Assembly: GCA_963846575.1 (NCBI GenBank)
Contig: CAWJWJ010000001.1
Coordinates: 736,001 to 800,000, forward strand
DNA: 64,000 nt
Source of the DNA: an uncultured Nitrospiraceae bacterium
GTDB lineage: Bacteria > Nitrospirota > Nitrospiria > Nitrospirales > Nitrospiraceae
Reading direction: 5' to 3'
Positions 1-8,797 of this stretch are shown piece after piece (positions within the stretch are counted from its first letter, which is position 1; every line of letters starts with the position of its first letter). The translations under genes and the position numbers were made by a program. Below the pieces are notes generated by a model. That model saw only the letters and a list, made by a program, of their open reading frames with translations. It was not told the DNA's origin and did not search any database.

Positions 1-144
1 GAGAACATGAAGAAACGTAGAGCCAGCCCCGACGGTGGGGGAGCGATCCCCCCGGGGGATGCGGAGCAACCGGACATGAAAGAGATGATGAAACAGTTCG
101 GCGAGATGATGAAAAAGAAGCAGTCGTCACAGGGCGGACAATAG
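1..144 (+). CDS. 3' end of a DUF4412-like protein, paralog of the next gene (partial)
   Basis: Frame 1 is open to TAG at 142-144; its C-terminus PDMKEMMKQFGEMMKKKQSSQGGQ resembles the next ORF's PDMDALMKQFGEAMKHGQPEGGR. Confidence 0.65.
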   Translation, partial: ENMKKRRASPDGGGAIPPGDAEQPDMKEMMKQFGEMMKKKQSSQGGQ

Positions 145-160
145 CGTGAAGGAGCTGGAT

Positions 161-970
161 ATGCGAGTTGCCTTGCTGGGACTGGTGGGAGGTATCCTGC
201 TGACCGTGAGTTCGTCGTGGGCGGGTGATTTTGAAGGAGTTATTGTTCTGAGGGAGATCGCTAATGGGACAAGCTCAGAACAGCAGTGGTTTCTCAAAGG
301 CGATCGGTTGCGGTTCGAGGAGGGCGGCTCCGACGGGGAGAAGGGTACCATGATCTTCGATGTCAAGAAGAGCGTCTTCTACAGCCTCCAGCATGACGAA
401 AAGATCTTTTTGGAGATATCGACCGATCAGGCTTCCACGGGCATGCATGACGCGGCGGACGACATGGTGGTCACCAAAACGGGGCGAAGTGAGAAAGTGG
501 CCGGCTATACGTGCGAGCTCTATCACGCCAAGAGCAGGTCGGACGGCGGCAGTAGCGAGCTCTGCATTGCCAGGGGGATTGGGAATGCAGCCTTGTTCAA
601 GGTGGCGAACTCCCGGGACGGAGGCAGCTCCATTTTCCCCGGCTGGATGCGTGAGATGTACAAGGATGGCGGGTTCCCGATTAAGGGCGTGGACCGCGAC
701 GATCGAGGGGAAGAAGAGTCACGCTGGGAAGCAGTGAAAATCGAAAAGAAGCGTCTCGACGACAGAATGTTTTTGCCTCCTCCGGACTATAAGAAGCAGG
801 ACCTGGCTGTAATGATGAATGGGATGCGGGGCGCCGGAGAAGGCTCCCAATCCCCTTCCGCGCGGGGCGAGAAGGAGAGGGGCGAGACTGATGATGCCCC
901 GGACATGGATGCCCTGATGAAGCAGTTTGGTGAGGCGATGAAACATGGACAGCCGGAGGGCGGCCGGTAA
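161..970 (+). CDS. secreted DUF4412-domain protein
   Basis: Signal peptide ending AGDFEGVI; KTGRSEKVAGYTC and F-x-PPxDY motifs; AAGGAG RBS before ATG161. Confidence 0.75.
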   Translation: MRVALLGLVGGILLTVSSSWAGDFEGVIVLREIANGTSSEQQWFLKGDRLRFEEGGSDGEKGTMIFDVKKSVFYSLQHDEKIFLEISTDQASTGMHDAADDMVVTKTGRSEKVAGYTCELYHAKSRSDGGSSELCIARGIGNAALFKVANSRDGGSSIFPGWMREMYKDGGFPIKGVDRDDRGEEESRWEAVKIEKKRLDDRMFLPPPDYKKQDLAVMMNGMRGAGEGSQSPSARGEKERGETDDAPDMDALMKQFGEAMKHGQPEGGR

Positions 971-1091
971 GGCCGCGTGGTATGGCTTCTCGCAGGCGAC
1001 GTCTGGCGGCAAACGTTCACCCGTCTGCGAAGTGAAGAGCTCTCGCGTTTCAGGAGGGTGTTCGCTCGCTGAGGCACGCATTTCCCCCACG

Positions 1092-1120
1092 TTGACACGG
1101 TCATTCCGGGAGCGTAGATA
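1092..1120 (+). promoter_or_regulatory. sigma70-like promoter (unit 1)
   Basis: TTGACA-17 nt-TAGATA. Confidence 0.45.
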
Positions 1121-1607
1121 GGGTGAGCGGCCCACGTCCAACTCGGTTAGTGGGAGACCGGACAGACCGCGCGGCTGCCGTCAAGATCTCCCTCAAATCC
1201 CACAAAGAGAGGAGGGTGGACGATGAACAATGATACGACTCCACCTGGCCAGTTCGGCCCGTCGATATGAAGGCGGGATCCCTTGCCTGTCATGCCGGCC
1301 GCTCCTCCGTCGGCCATACCTCACGGTAACAAAGACGCGGCACTCTGGCAGTGCCTATTGCGTCCAGATGCCTTTATCGGAACCTTCTGTCGGCATGTAG
1401 CTGGCCAACTCTACGGATTTGGATCCTGGTAGCAGACGAGGGATTTCTCGCACGTGTTCCTATTTCGACGGGTTGCTGGTGGGCCGTGACATCTAAAGTT
1501 GCACCCGGCGTCCTAAGCGCCCGGCACGAGCCTCGAAAAAAAGGGGCTCGTGCAGTCTTGACCAGGAACATGCAGTCAAGCGTAAATACCTAGGGTTGAT
1601 TTTAGGC

Positions 1608-1636
1608 TTGACAGAATTTTCTCAGGAGCGTAAGAC
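1608..1636 (+). promoter_or_regulatory. sigma70-like promoter (unit 2)
   Basis: TTGACA-17 nt-TAAGAC; shares GGAGCGTA with unit 1 at the same offset. Confidence 0.45.
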
Positions 1637-2013
1637 GGAATTGTAACTCTACGACGCTGTGTTAACCGTGACGAGGAATCGAGCGGTGCGCGCCCGTTCT
1701 TCATTCCTTGTCACTCCTCACACCGGGGAGGTTCACAGATGGAAGAACTTACGCCGCCGGACTAGAGTGGCCCGCAGAGATGTGGGCAGGTGTTTCGTCG
1801 GTCGTGCTGGCTGGTTTTTCTGTTGGCTTGTGCTTATGCACTCTCCAAAATTGGGATGTAAGCCACTAGAAGAGAAGAACCAAGTCAATCGCGAGGCACA
1901 CCAAGTATCCTGGGATCAAGGTATCCCCTGACGAAATCCCTGAATCCTAATTCTCGACCGGGTCTCACTGCAGTACCATTTACAATAAGAATTATCGGCG
2001 TCCCAAGCGCCAT

Positions 2014-2053
2014 CCACGGGCGACCTCCCACCGTAGTGTAGGGTCGCCCGTGG
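2014..2053. terminator. GC-rich hairpin, possible terminator
   Basis: CCACGGGCGACC / GGTCGCCCGTGG 12-bp stem. Confidence 0.4.
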
Positions 2054-2314
2054 CATTTTGTGCGCCTGCTTCACCTTTGTAACTTCCTGCGAGCCGTGAG
2101 TTCGAAGACGGCTATGATGAATGACAGGGAGTCGTCATCGCCCTGGGCTCGGCTCCTTCGGTGCTCACATGCTGAGCGGGGCCGCTTCATGCGGACGCCA
2201 ATCGCCGTGGAATTGCCGACAATGCTTTGTGATCCAGCCATCAACCTGCCTAAGACGAAGAGAGGGGTATGATAAAAGTCGATAAGGGGGCGTTCACTGT
2301 TACCCGGGGCAAAG

Positions 2315-2989
2315 CTAGATAAGATCGGGAAAGTCGGAAATGATTCCATCGACGCCGAGGTTCCTGAGGCGGCGAATATCCCCCGGATCATTGACCGTGT
2401 AAGTACAAACCACTCGTCCAAGGTTGTGATAGGTCTGAAGCAAGGCCGGGGTGAGGCTTGAATAGTGGAGCCCTACATGGGAGGCTCGCACCGCTACGAC
2501 GTCGGCAACGGGGTCTCGTGGAAGTGTACGGGGGAGTAAGACCATGAGTTTCGCCAAAGGATCCGTTTGTCGCACACGGTGTAGCTCATCGACGAGGAAC
2601 GAGGCATAGATGAGAGGTTCGCGGAAGCCGGTACGTTTTATGGTTGCGCAGGCGTCTTTCCCAATTCCTTCCACCTTGAGTTCAAGGATCAGGCCGATGC
2701 CGCCAGTCGCAACTTCCAGGGCCTCCTCCAGTGTGGGAATGCGTTGTCCGTTGCCTGCATCCAGCCGTTGCACTTGCTCAAGGGACATCCCTGCGACAAG
2801 CCCCGTCCTATTCGTGGTGCGATCGATGGTGTCGTCATGCAGCAGCACGAGATGGCCGTCGCTGGTCTCCCGCAGATCGACTTCAACGAAATCTGCGTGG
2901 AAAGAGCGGGCTTTCCATATAGCGGCGAGAGTATTCTCGGGGGCGTGGCCGGCAGCTCCCCGATGACCGATGCGAAGGGTGGAAGCGAT
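2315..2989 (-). CDS. glycerophosphodiester phosphodiesterase (probable ATC start)
   Basis: The frame upstream of the tracked ORF reads IGHRGAAGHAPENT..VEVDLR..SDGHLVLLHD; C-terminus GVDGIISDFP. Confidence 0.85.
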   Translation of the reverse strand: MASTLRIGHRGAAGHAPENTLAAIWKARSFHADFVEVDLRETSDGHLVLLHDDTIDRTTNRTGLVAGMSLEQVQRLDAGNGQRIPTLEEALEVATGGIGLILELKVEGIGKDACATIKRTGFREPLIYASFLVDELHRVRQTDPLAKLMVLLPRTLPRDPVADVVAVRASHVGLHYSSLTPALLQTYHNLGRVVCTYTVNDPGDIRRLRNLGVDGIISDFPDLI

Positions 2990-3275
2990 AACGACCTCGT
3001 GTAGGCGACAGGCTTGCGTCTCCCGCCAGGATCCTGTAGTGGATGTTGCGGGGGGAGACTTGTTGTTCTAGCTCTACTTCCCTACCATATTCCGCGTAGG
3101 TGTGCCAAGGAGATCGTAAGTATTCTTATAGGTGGGCAGCATGTATTAGCGTGCCTATCGGGTTATCCGATGATTCTAGGAGAACGGCCCCTCTCTCCGC
3201 AGATTCAATCAATCTGTCTATGTTCATCCGCCGGCACGTGAATGGTAGGTCGCCGGCGTCCGAAAGGAGGCTCCC

Positions 3276-3764
3276 ATGCTTGTTCAAGAAGTGATGTCGA
3301 CCGGAGTGGTGACAGCCAGACGCACCGATTCGGTCCGGTCCGTGGTGACGAAGATGCTGAGCCGTCACTGTGGCGCCATTCCCGTCGTGGAGGATGATGC
3401 CTTGTTGATCGGTATGGTCACGCTGCGTGATGTTCTGATCCCGCTCTACCCTAATTACGGCGAGTACTTGCATGACAACGTCCATAGCCGGGATTTTACC
3501 GAAATGGAGGAGGGGTATGGAGATGTGCTGAATCAGAAAGCGGAGGACGTCATGAGTTTGAATCCTCTGACTGTCTCGCCACGCACACCGGTGCTTGAAG
3601 CGGCCTCCTACATGGGCTTAAAAAACTTTAGACGCATCCCCGTGGTGGATAAAGGGAAGCTGGTGGGTATGGTCAGTGTCGGAGATGTCAATCGGGGCCT
3701 ATTCTTTACAAGAGGACATGTGCCGATCGAAGGCAACGCGGTTGCACAGCCCTCAACCCGATAG
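3276..3764 (+). CDS. CBS-domain pair protein
   Basis: Two CBS repeats (IPVV...GMV); AAAGGAGG RBS. Confidence 0.9.
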   Translation: MLVQEVMSTGVVTARRTDSVRSVVTKMLSRHCGAIPVVEDDALLIGMVTLRDVLIPLYPNYGEYLHDNVHSRDFTEMEEGYGDVLNQKAEDVMSLNPLTVSPRTPVLEAASYMGLKNFRRIPVVDKGKLVGMVSVGDVNRGLFFTRGHVPIEGNAVAQPSTR

Positions 3765-3855
3765 GCGGTTGCGAGAGCTCAGTCCAGGCTCGTATGATAG
3801 GGCCTTCTTACGGATGTACAGTCGGCAGGCTCGAGCTGCGGGCATAGGAGGTATG

Positions 3856-4206
3856 ATGGGATTGGCTGATCAGACATGTGTCCCTTGCCGGGGTGGGGTG
3901 CCGCCCTTGTCAACGGACCGCATCCAGGCGTTGTTGAAGGAACTCGGAACCGGATGGGCCTTGAGCCCCAACGGACATCTCGAACGGCTCTACACCTTCA
4001 AGGACTTTATGCAATCCCTGGCGTTTGCGAACAAGGTGGGTGCTGTGGCCGAGGCGGAAGGCCATCATCCCGATCTCCATGTGGCGTGGGGGAAGTGCAA
4101 GGTGGAGATCTGGACTCACAAGATCAACGGACTCACGGAGAGCGATTTTTATCTGGCTGCGAAGGCGGACCGCGAATTTGAGCCCTTCCGGGCGAGCGCG
4201 AACTAA
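3856..4206 (+). CDS. pterin-4-alpha-carbinolamine dehydratase
   Basis: CVPCRGG N-terminus; AEAEGHHPDL and WTHKINGLTESDF motifs. Confidence 0.92.
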   Translation: MGLADQTCVPCRGGVPPLSTDRIQALLKELGTGWALSPNGHLERLYTFKDFMQSLAFANKVGAVAEAEGHHPDLHVAWGKCKVEIWTHKINGLTESDFYLAAKADREFEPFRASAN

Positions 4207-4246
4207 GCCTCTCCCAGGCGTTTTGTTATGACCATCGAGGTTTCCC

Positions 4247-6106
4247 ATGACTGAGAGAGCCAGGGTGGCGCTTGTCAACATGCCGTTCGGTTTTTCGAAG
4301 TACCCGTCGATTCAATTGGGGACGCTCTCGGCGCTGTTGAAGTCCAAGGGCATCAGCGTTGATTGCCATCACCTTAACGTGCGCTTCGCGCACAAGATCG
4401 GGGTCCCGCTCTACGAGCTGATTTGCGAAAAACGCGCGCTCTTCGGAGAATGGCTCTTCTCCTATCTCCTGTTCCGCGACAACCCGAAACGTGCCGAATA
4501 CCCGCGGGTATTCAAGCCGGTATTAGAGCAGATTGCCCGGGAGAGCGGCCATCCGGTTTCGTTTTTTGAGGACATGGCCACACGCACGGCACCGCAGTTC
4601 CTCACCGGAGCGATGACCGCCATCGATTGGAGCCAGTACAAGATCGTCGGGTTTACCTCGACCTTCGATCAGAACGTGGCCAGCCTGACGATGGCCAAAC
4701 TCATCAAGGATTTGTACCCGGAGGTCAACATTGTTTTCGGAGGTGCTAATTTCGACGGTGAGATGGGGTTGGAATATTTTCGTGCGTTTCCGTTCATTGA
4801 CTATGTGGTTGTCGGCGAAGGCGAGGTCACCTTTCCCGCACTGGTCGACCATTTAGTGAACGACTCGATCGGGGCCTGCCCACCCGGTGTTATCCATCGA
4901 CAGCAGGGTCAAACTAAGTTTGAGCCCAATCCGGCTCTCTTCACGGAATTTGCTCAGATGGGTCCGCCGGACTACGACGACTACTATCATCTATTGGCCG
5001 AATTGGGTACGGAGGCGTCGCGCGGTCTGGATCGCATTCTCTTGTATGAAGGATCGCGCGGCTGTTGGTGGGGCGAGAAGCATCATTGCACGTTCTGCGG
5101 ACTGAATGCGCAGAGCATGAAGTTTCGTGCGAAATCCTCTGACCAAGTCGCCCGGGAGATGGCCTTCCTATCGAGCCGCTACGATACGACACGGTTTCGC
5201 CTGGTCGACAATATCATCGACATGAAATATATCGAACAGCTGTTCGGCACTTTTGCGGAGGACCGTCGCGATCTTGACGTGTTTATCGAGACGAAAAGCA
5301 ATTTGCAGAAGCATCAGATCCGCCAGTTGGCCGCGGGCGGGGTGAAATGCATGCAGCCGGGTTTGGAGAGCCTCAGCCAGCCGCAATTGCGCGCGATGGA
5401 CAAGGGCGTGACTCCGATGCAAAACCTGGTGTGTTTGAAGTGGTGCTTTTACTACCGGGTGGCCGTATCCTGGAATATTCTTCTGGGTTTTCCGGGAGAG
5501 ACCAATGATGACTACCGCCGCCAGATCGACTTGCTGCCGTCCCTGTTTCATCTCCAGCCGCCTGAAGGAGCGGGGAAGTTCTGGTTGGAGCGGTTCAGTC
5601 CGTACCATACCCGCCCGCACGAGTACGGCATCCGGATTACCGGTCCTGGTATGGCGTACTCCTACGTATACGATGCGAGGCAGGTGGATCTGACCAAGAT
5701 TTCCTATGACTTTGAGTACGAATTGGATGATTGGCCGGTCGATCCCCACGTCTATCAGGAATTGATGGAGACCGTGCAAGAATGGCAGCGACGGGCCGCC
5801 TCGTCGGACAAGCCGTTCCTGTATTATTCCAAAGCGTTCGACTATGTGACGGTGTACGACGGACGCACGGTGTCGGCTCCGACGCGTGAACGATTCGACT
5901 GGCCAGGCTCGGCGATCATCGATCTATGCAATGAAGCGCCCAGATCGCTGGACCATCTGCGGAGCGCGCTGCTGGAACAAGCCGAAGGCAAGGTCTCAGA
6001 GACTGTTTTGCAGGAATCGCTCACCCGATTGACGCAGAAGCGGATCCTTTATGAGGAGCGGGGGAAATACTTTACGCTGGCCATTCCCGAACATCCCTAC
6101 TGTTGA
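4247..6106 (+). CDS. B12-dependent radical SAM C-methyltransferase (RiPP maturation rSAM family)
   Basis: N-terminal B12-binding domain (VGFTSTFDQ, VFGGAN); SRGCWWGEKHHCTFCGLN CX7CX2C motif; WNILLGFPGE. Confidence 0.88.
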   Translation: MTERARVALVNMPFGFSKYPSIQLGTLSALLKSKGISVDCHHLNVRFAHKIGVPLYELICEKRALFGEWLFSYLLFRDNPKRAEYPRVFKPVLEQIARESGHPVSFFEDMATRTAPQFLTGAMTAIDWSQYKIVGFTSTFDQNVASLTMAKLIKDLYPEVNIVFGGANFDGEMGLEYFRAFPFIDYVVVGEGEVTFPALVDHLVNDSIGACPPGVIHRQQGQTKFEPNPALFTEFAQMGPPDYDDYYHLLAELGTEASRGLDRILLYEGSRGCWWGEKHHCTFCGLNAQSMKFRAKSSDQVAREMAFLSSRYDTTRFRLVDNIIDMKYIEQLFGTFAEDRRDLDVFIETKSNLQKHQIRQLAAGGVKCMQPGLESLSQPQLRAMDKGVTPMQNLVCLKWCFYYRVAVSWNILLGFPGETNDDYRRQIDLLPSLFHLQPPEGAGKFWLERFSPYHTRPHEYGIRITGPGMAYSYVYDARQVDLTKISYDFEYELDDWPVDPHVYQELMETVQEWQRRAASSDKPFLYYSKAFDYVTVYDGRTVSAPTRERFDWPGSAIIDLCNEAPRSLDHLRSALLEQAEGKVSETVLQESLTRLTQKRILYEERGKYFTLAIPEHPYC

Positions 6107-6143
6107 GCGTGCCTTGCTAACGGCTGGAACTGCTTCCGCCCAC

Positions 6144-6476
6144 CTACATCGACAATTTTTCAGCGACATTTCTCATCTGTACGCCATGCACGAGTGACGC
6201 GCCGCCGCGAATTGCACAGGCGACATGCACGGCTTCGGTCATCTCTTCCGTGTTCGATCCCTTTTCAAGGCAGGCTTGCGTGTAGGCATCAATGCAATAG
6301 GGGCACTGGACGGCATGCGCCACGCCAAGCGCTATGAGCGCCTTTTCGCGTTCCGTCAATGCGCCTTCGGCAAAGACAGCCGTGTAGTAGCTCATGAATT
6401 TTTCCCACAGGACCGGATTGCTTTTACCGATGTCTCCGAATTTTTCGAGATCCTTCGAATGATAATAGCAGTTCAT
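6144..6476 (-). CDS. AhpD/CMD-family peroxidase-like protein (arsenosugar-biosynthesis-associated type)
   Basis: ALTEREKALIALGVAHAVQCPYCIDAY; AIRGGASLVHGVQM. Confidence 0.85.
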   Translation of the reverse strand: MNCYYHSKDLEKFGDIGKSNPVLWEKFMSYYTAVFAEGALTEREKALIALGVAHAVQCPYCIDAYTQACLEKGSNTEEMTEAVHVACAIRGGASLVHGVQMRNVAEKLSM

Positions 6477-6563
6477 GGACAACCTCACAGCTAGGGAACG
6501 TGCTGAGTGCTTGGAGGAGAGACCTGGAATTCTTCATGGGTCGCAACTCAATTCGCGATGCTG

Positions 6564-6833
6564 CTAAGCATTTCCTTGGGGGGCTCCGTCAGTCTGAGCC
6601 AAATCGGCTGAAAACCGGTGCCCCACGATGGTGGTGACTTTGCTCATCAACTCCCCGAGCTCTTTCCACTCCTCTGCACTCAGGTCGGCCTTGATTTGAG
6701 GGTGAATGGCCCACTCGGCGTTTACAAGCTGTCCTTTTCTTGAGACGTGCACGTGTAACAGTTCTACGTCCCAAACATCCTGAGTTTTTGATGGAGCTGC
6801 GCCCGGTTTCTGCGGGGGGACTTGGGTGGCCAT
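6564..6833 (-). CDS. hypothetical protein (89 aa)
   Basis: AAGGAG RBS before ATG; protein-like composition. Confidence 0.6.
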   Translation of the reverse strand: MATQVPPQKPGAAPSKTQDVWDVELLHVHVSRKGQLVNAEWAIHPQIKADLSAEEWKELGELMSKVTTIVGHRFSADLAQTDGAPQGNA

Positions 6834-6973
6834 AGTATCAAAACTCCTTCGTTCTCGCACGTGAGCCTGGATGATACCGCATCGATCGCAGCGCTGTACA
6901 TCGGCGTGCCCGCATCGTTTTTCTCCAGCTATCGGAGTGAGTAGGAAGAGCCATCCCTGTCGACGAAGGCTGA

Positions 6974-7795
6974 TCAGTGGCAAGCTGAGTGAGGCCGGAG
7001 TATGTCCAATAGCGCCTCGTGAATAAGCCCATTCGTGGCGACAAGTTCCTGGCCATGGATAGAAAACGGTTTCTTGGTAATTCCGGAGACCATTCCGCCG
7101 GCCTCTCTGAGAATCACAATTCCTGCCGCCATGTCCCAAGGGCTGAGACGCACTTCCCAATAACCATCGAATCGCCCGGTAGCGACATAACAAAGGTCCA
7201 ACGCGGCTGAACCAGTGCGTCGCATCCCCTGGGCTTGGAGGGAAACGCGCGAGAAGTGATCGAGGTTATTATCGGGTGTATCCCGGATGTTGTAGGCAAA
7301 CCCGGTGACCATCAATGATTTGTCGAGCGTCTGAATGGCAGAGACGTGAATCGGCTCCCCGTTCAGACAAGCGCCTTCCCCTCGCGCAGCCGTGAACATT
7401 TCGTCTCGCACCGGGTCTAGCACAACACCCACGATGCACTCCCCGTCACGCTCGACCGCGATTGACACTGAATAAAAGGGGAACCCGTGGGCGAAGTTGG
7501 TTGTCCCATCGAGTGGATCAATCACCCATTGGTAGCGTGAGTCGACTCCTCCGCCTCGCCCGCCCTCTTCAGCAAGAATGCGGTGCGAAGGATGAGCTGC
7601 CAGAATTATTTGGACGATGCAGTCCTCCGCCCGTCGGTCCGCATCGGTCACGAGATTAATCGCGCCCTTGTATTCGATGCGAAATCCATCCCGTGCCTGT
7701 TCCTTCAGTAGCGTTCCTGCTGCGCGTGCCGCTCGCATCGCTGTTTCGAGCAAAACTGACTGATCTAGGAGGGGCTGGGAATTCAGATCAAGCAT
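6974..7795 (-). CDS. suhB: inositol monophosphatase family protein
   Basis: WVIDPLDGTTNFAHG, RRTGSAALDL, WDMAAG. Confidence 0.92.
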   Translation of the reverse strand: MLDLNSQPLLDQSVLLETAMRAARAAGTLLKEQARDGFRIEYKGAINLVTDADRRAEDCIVQIILAAHPSHRILAEEGGRGGGVDSRYQWVIDPLDGTTNFAHGFPFYSVSIAVERDGECIVGVVLDPVRDEMFTAARGEGACLNGEPIHVSAIQTLDKSLMVTGFAYNIRDTPDNNLDHFSRVSLQAQGMRRTGSAALDLCYVATGRFDGYWEVRLSPWDMAAGIVILREAGGMVSGITKKPFSIHGQELVATNGLIHEALLDILRPHSACH

Positions 7796-7983
7796 TACTT
7801 GTTACTCCTCTGGTGGCTGGTGCTAACGAGCCAGAACGGTGTAGGTCGCCCATAAGTATCATAACATATTGATTTATATAGATGTTAGTAGTGCTTCATC
7901 TTTTGCGGCAAGGCTTGATATAACATTGAGTGCATTCTAATTGTGCATGCATGTAATGCGATCAAATAGTAACATGCAGTGAC

Positions 7984-8012
7984 TTGACAGAAAACGATTC
8001 ACTTGCTATAAA
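7984..8012 (+). promoter_or_regulatory. sigma70 promoter with extended -10
   Basis: TTGACA-17 nt-TATAAA with TG before the -10; implies the CDS starts at GTG8041. Confidence 0.65.
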
Positions 8013-8040
8013 GCAAGTATGCTTTGTAAAGGACTTGCTT

Positions 8041-8550
8041 GTGGAAGAATTGACTGACATTCTGGTCGGCCTAGAACAGCGGATCAGCGCCTATCGGAAC
8101 CGCTATCAAGAGCTCGAGAAAAAGCGGCGGCGGCTCGATGACGAGATCGCCATGATCAGAAAATATCTGGAACTAGCCGAAACCCTCTATCGAGTTGAAG
8201 CAGACAAGGCAAAGCTAGCCAGTCTTTCCAGCCAAATCATCACCGATGAAAAAGGCATCCGTCCGCTTCCGGTCACGGATGTCACGGATCAATCGCGCGA
8301 GATTTTGCTTGGGAAAAGCAAGTATGTAGGAAAGAGTGTTCCCGAGGCTGCGTATCAGATCCTTCGGGAAGCCAGCCGTCCAATGCATGCAAAAGAATTA
8401 TTGCAGCGTCTATTGGAGGGAGGGTTACAGATCAAGGGAAAAACACCGTTAACATCGGTGGCCACGTCGTTGAAGCGGGATAAGCGGTTTCAGAAGGTCG
8501 GCCCCAATACCTTTGCTGTCATGACCCAGGAACTGACAGCGGTCGTATAG
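8041..8550 (+). CDS. coiled-coil plus C-terminal winged-helix (HARE-HTH-like) protein
   Basis: N-terminal heptad coiled coil; EAAYQILREASRPMHAKEL...GKTP..S......DKRF.KVGPNTF pattern. Confidence 0.75.
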   Translation: MEELTDILVGLEQRISAYRNRYQELEKKRRRLDDEIAMIRKYLELAETLYRVEADKAKLASLSSQIITDEKGIRPLPVTDVTDQSREILLGKSKYVGKSVPEAAYQILREASRPMHAKELLQRLLEGGLQIKGKTPLTSVATSLKRDKRFQKVGPNTFAVMTQELTAVV

Positions 8551-8598
8551 GGGGGGAATGTCACGTCAACTTTAAAAGTGTGAAGGGAGGTGAGAGTC

Positions 8599-8655
8599 TT
8601 GGCAACGAAGAAGGCAGCGAAGAAACCAGCGAAGAAGACCGCAAAGAAGAAGTAA
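8599..8655 (+). CDS. 18-aa Lys/Ala-rich micro-protein MATKKAAKKPAKKTAKKK
   Basis: Strong GGGAGGTG RBS, TTG start, histone-H1-tail-like sequence, terminator immediately downstream. Confidence 0.7.
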   Translation: MATKKAAKKPAKKTAKKK

Positions 8656-8672
8656 GTCCCACCAGGATTTAC

Positions 8673-8710
8673 ACGCCGGGGGTAAGGCCACTTATCCCCG
8701 GCGTTTTTTT
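8673..8710 (+). terminator. Rho-independent terminator
   Basis: ACGCCGGGGGTAAG-gcca-CTTATCCCCGGCGT followed by a T run. Confidence 0.85.
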
Positions 8711-8797
8711 GTGCCTTGTGCCAGTGAAATAACTGGGCACCGCCAGGGCGTGACGGACGGATCGTCTGGTCGAGAAGGCTAGGTGCTGAAGAGATGC

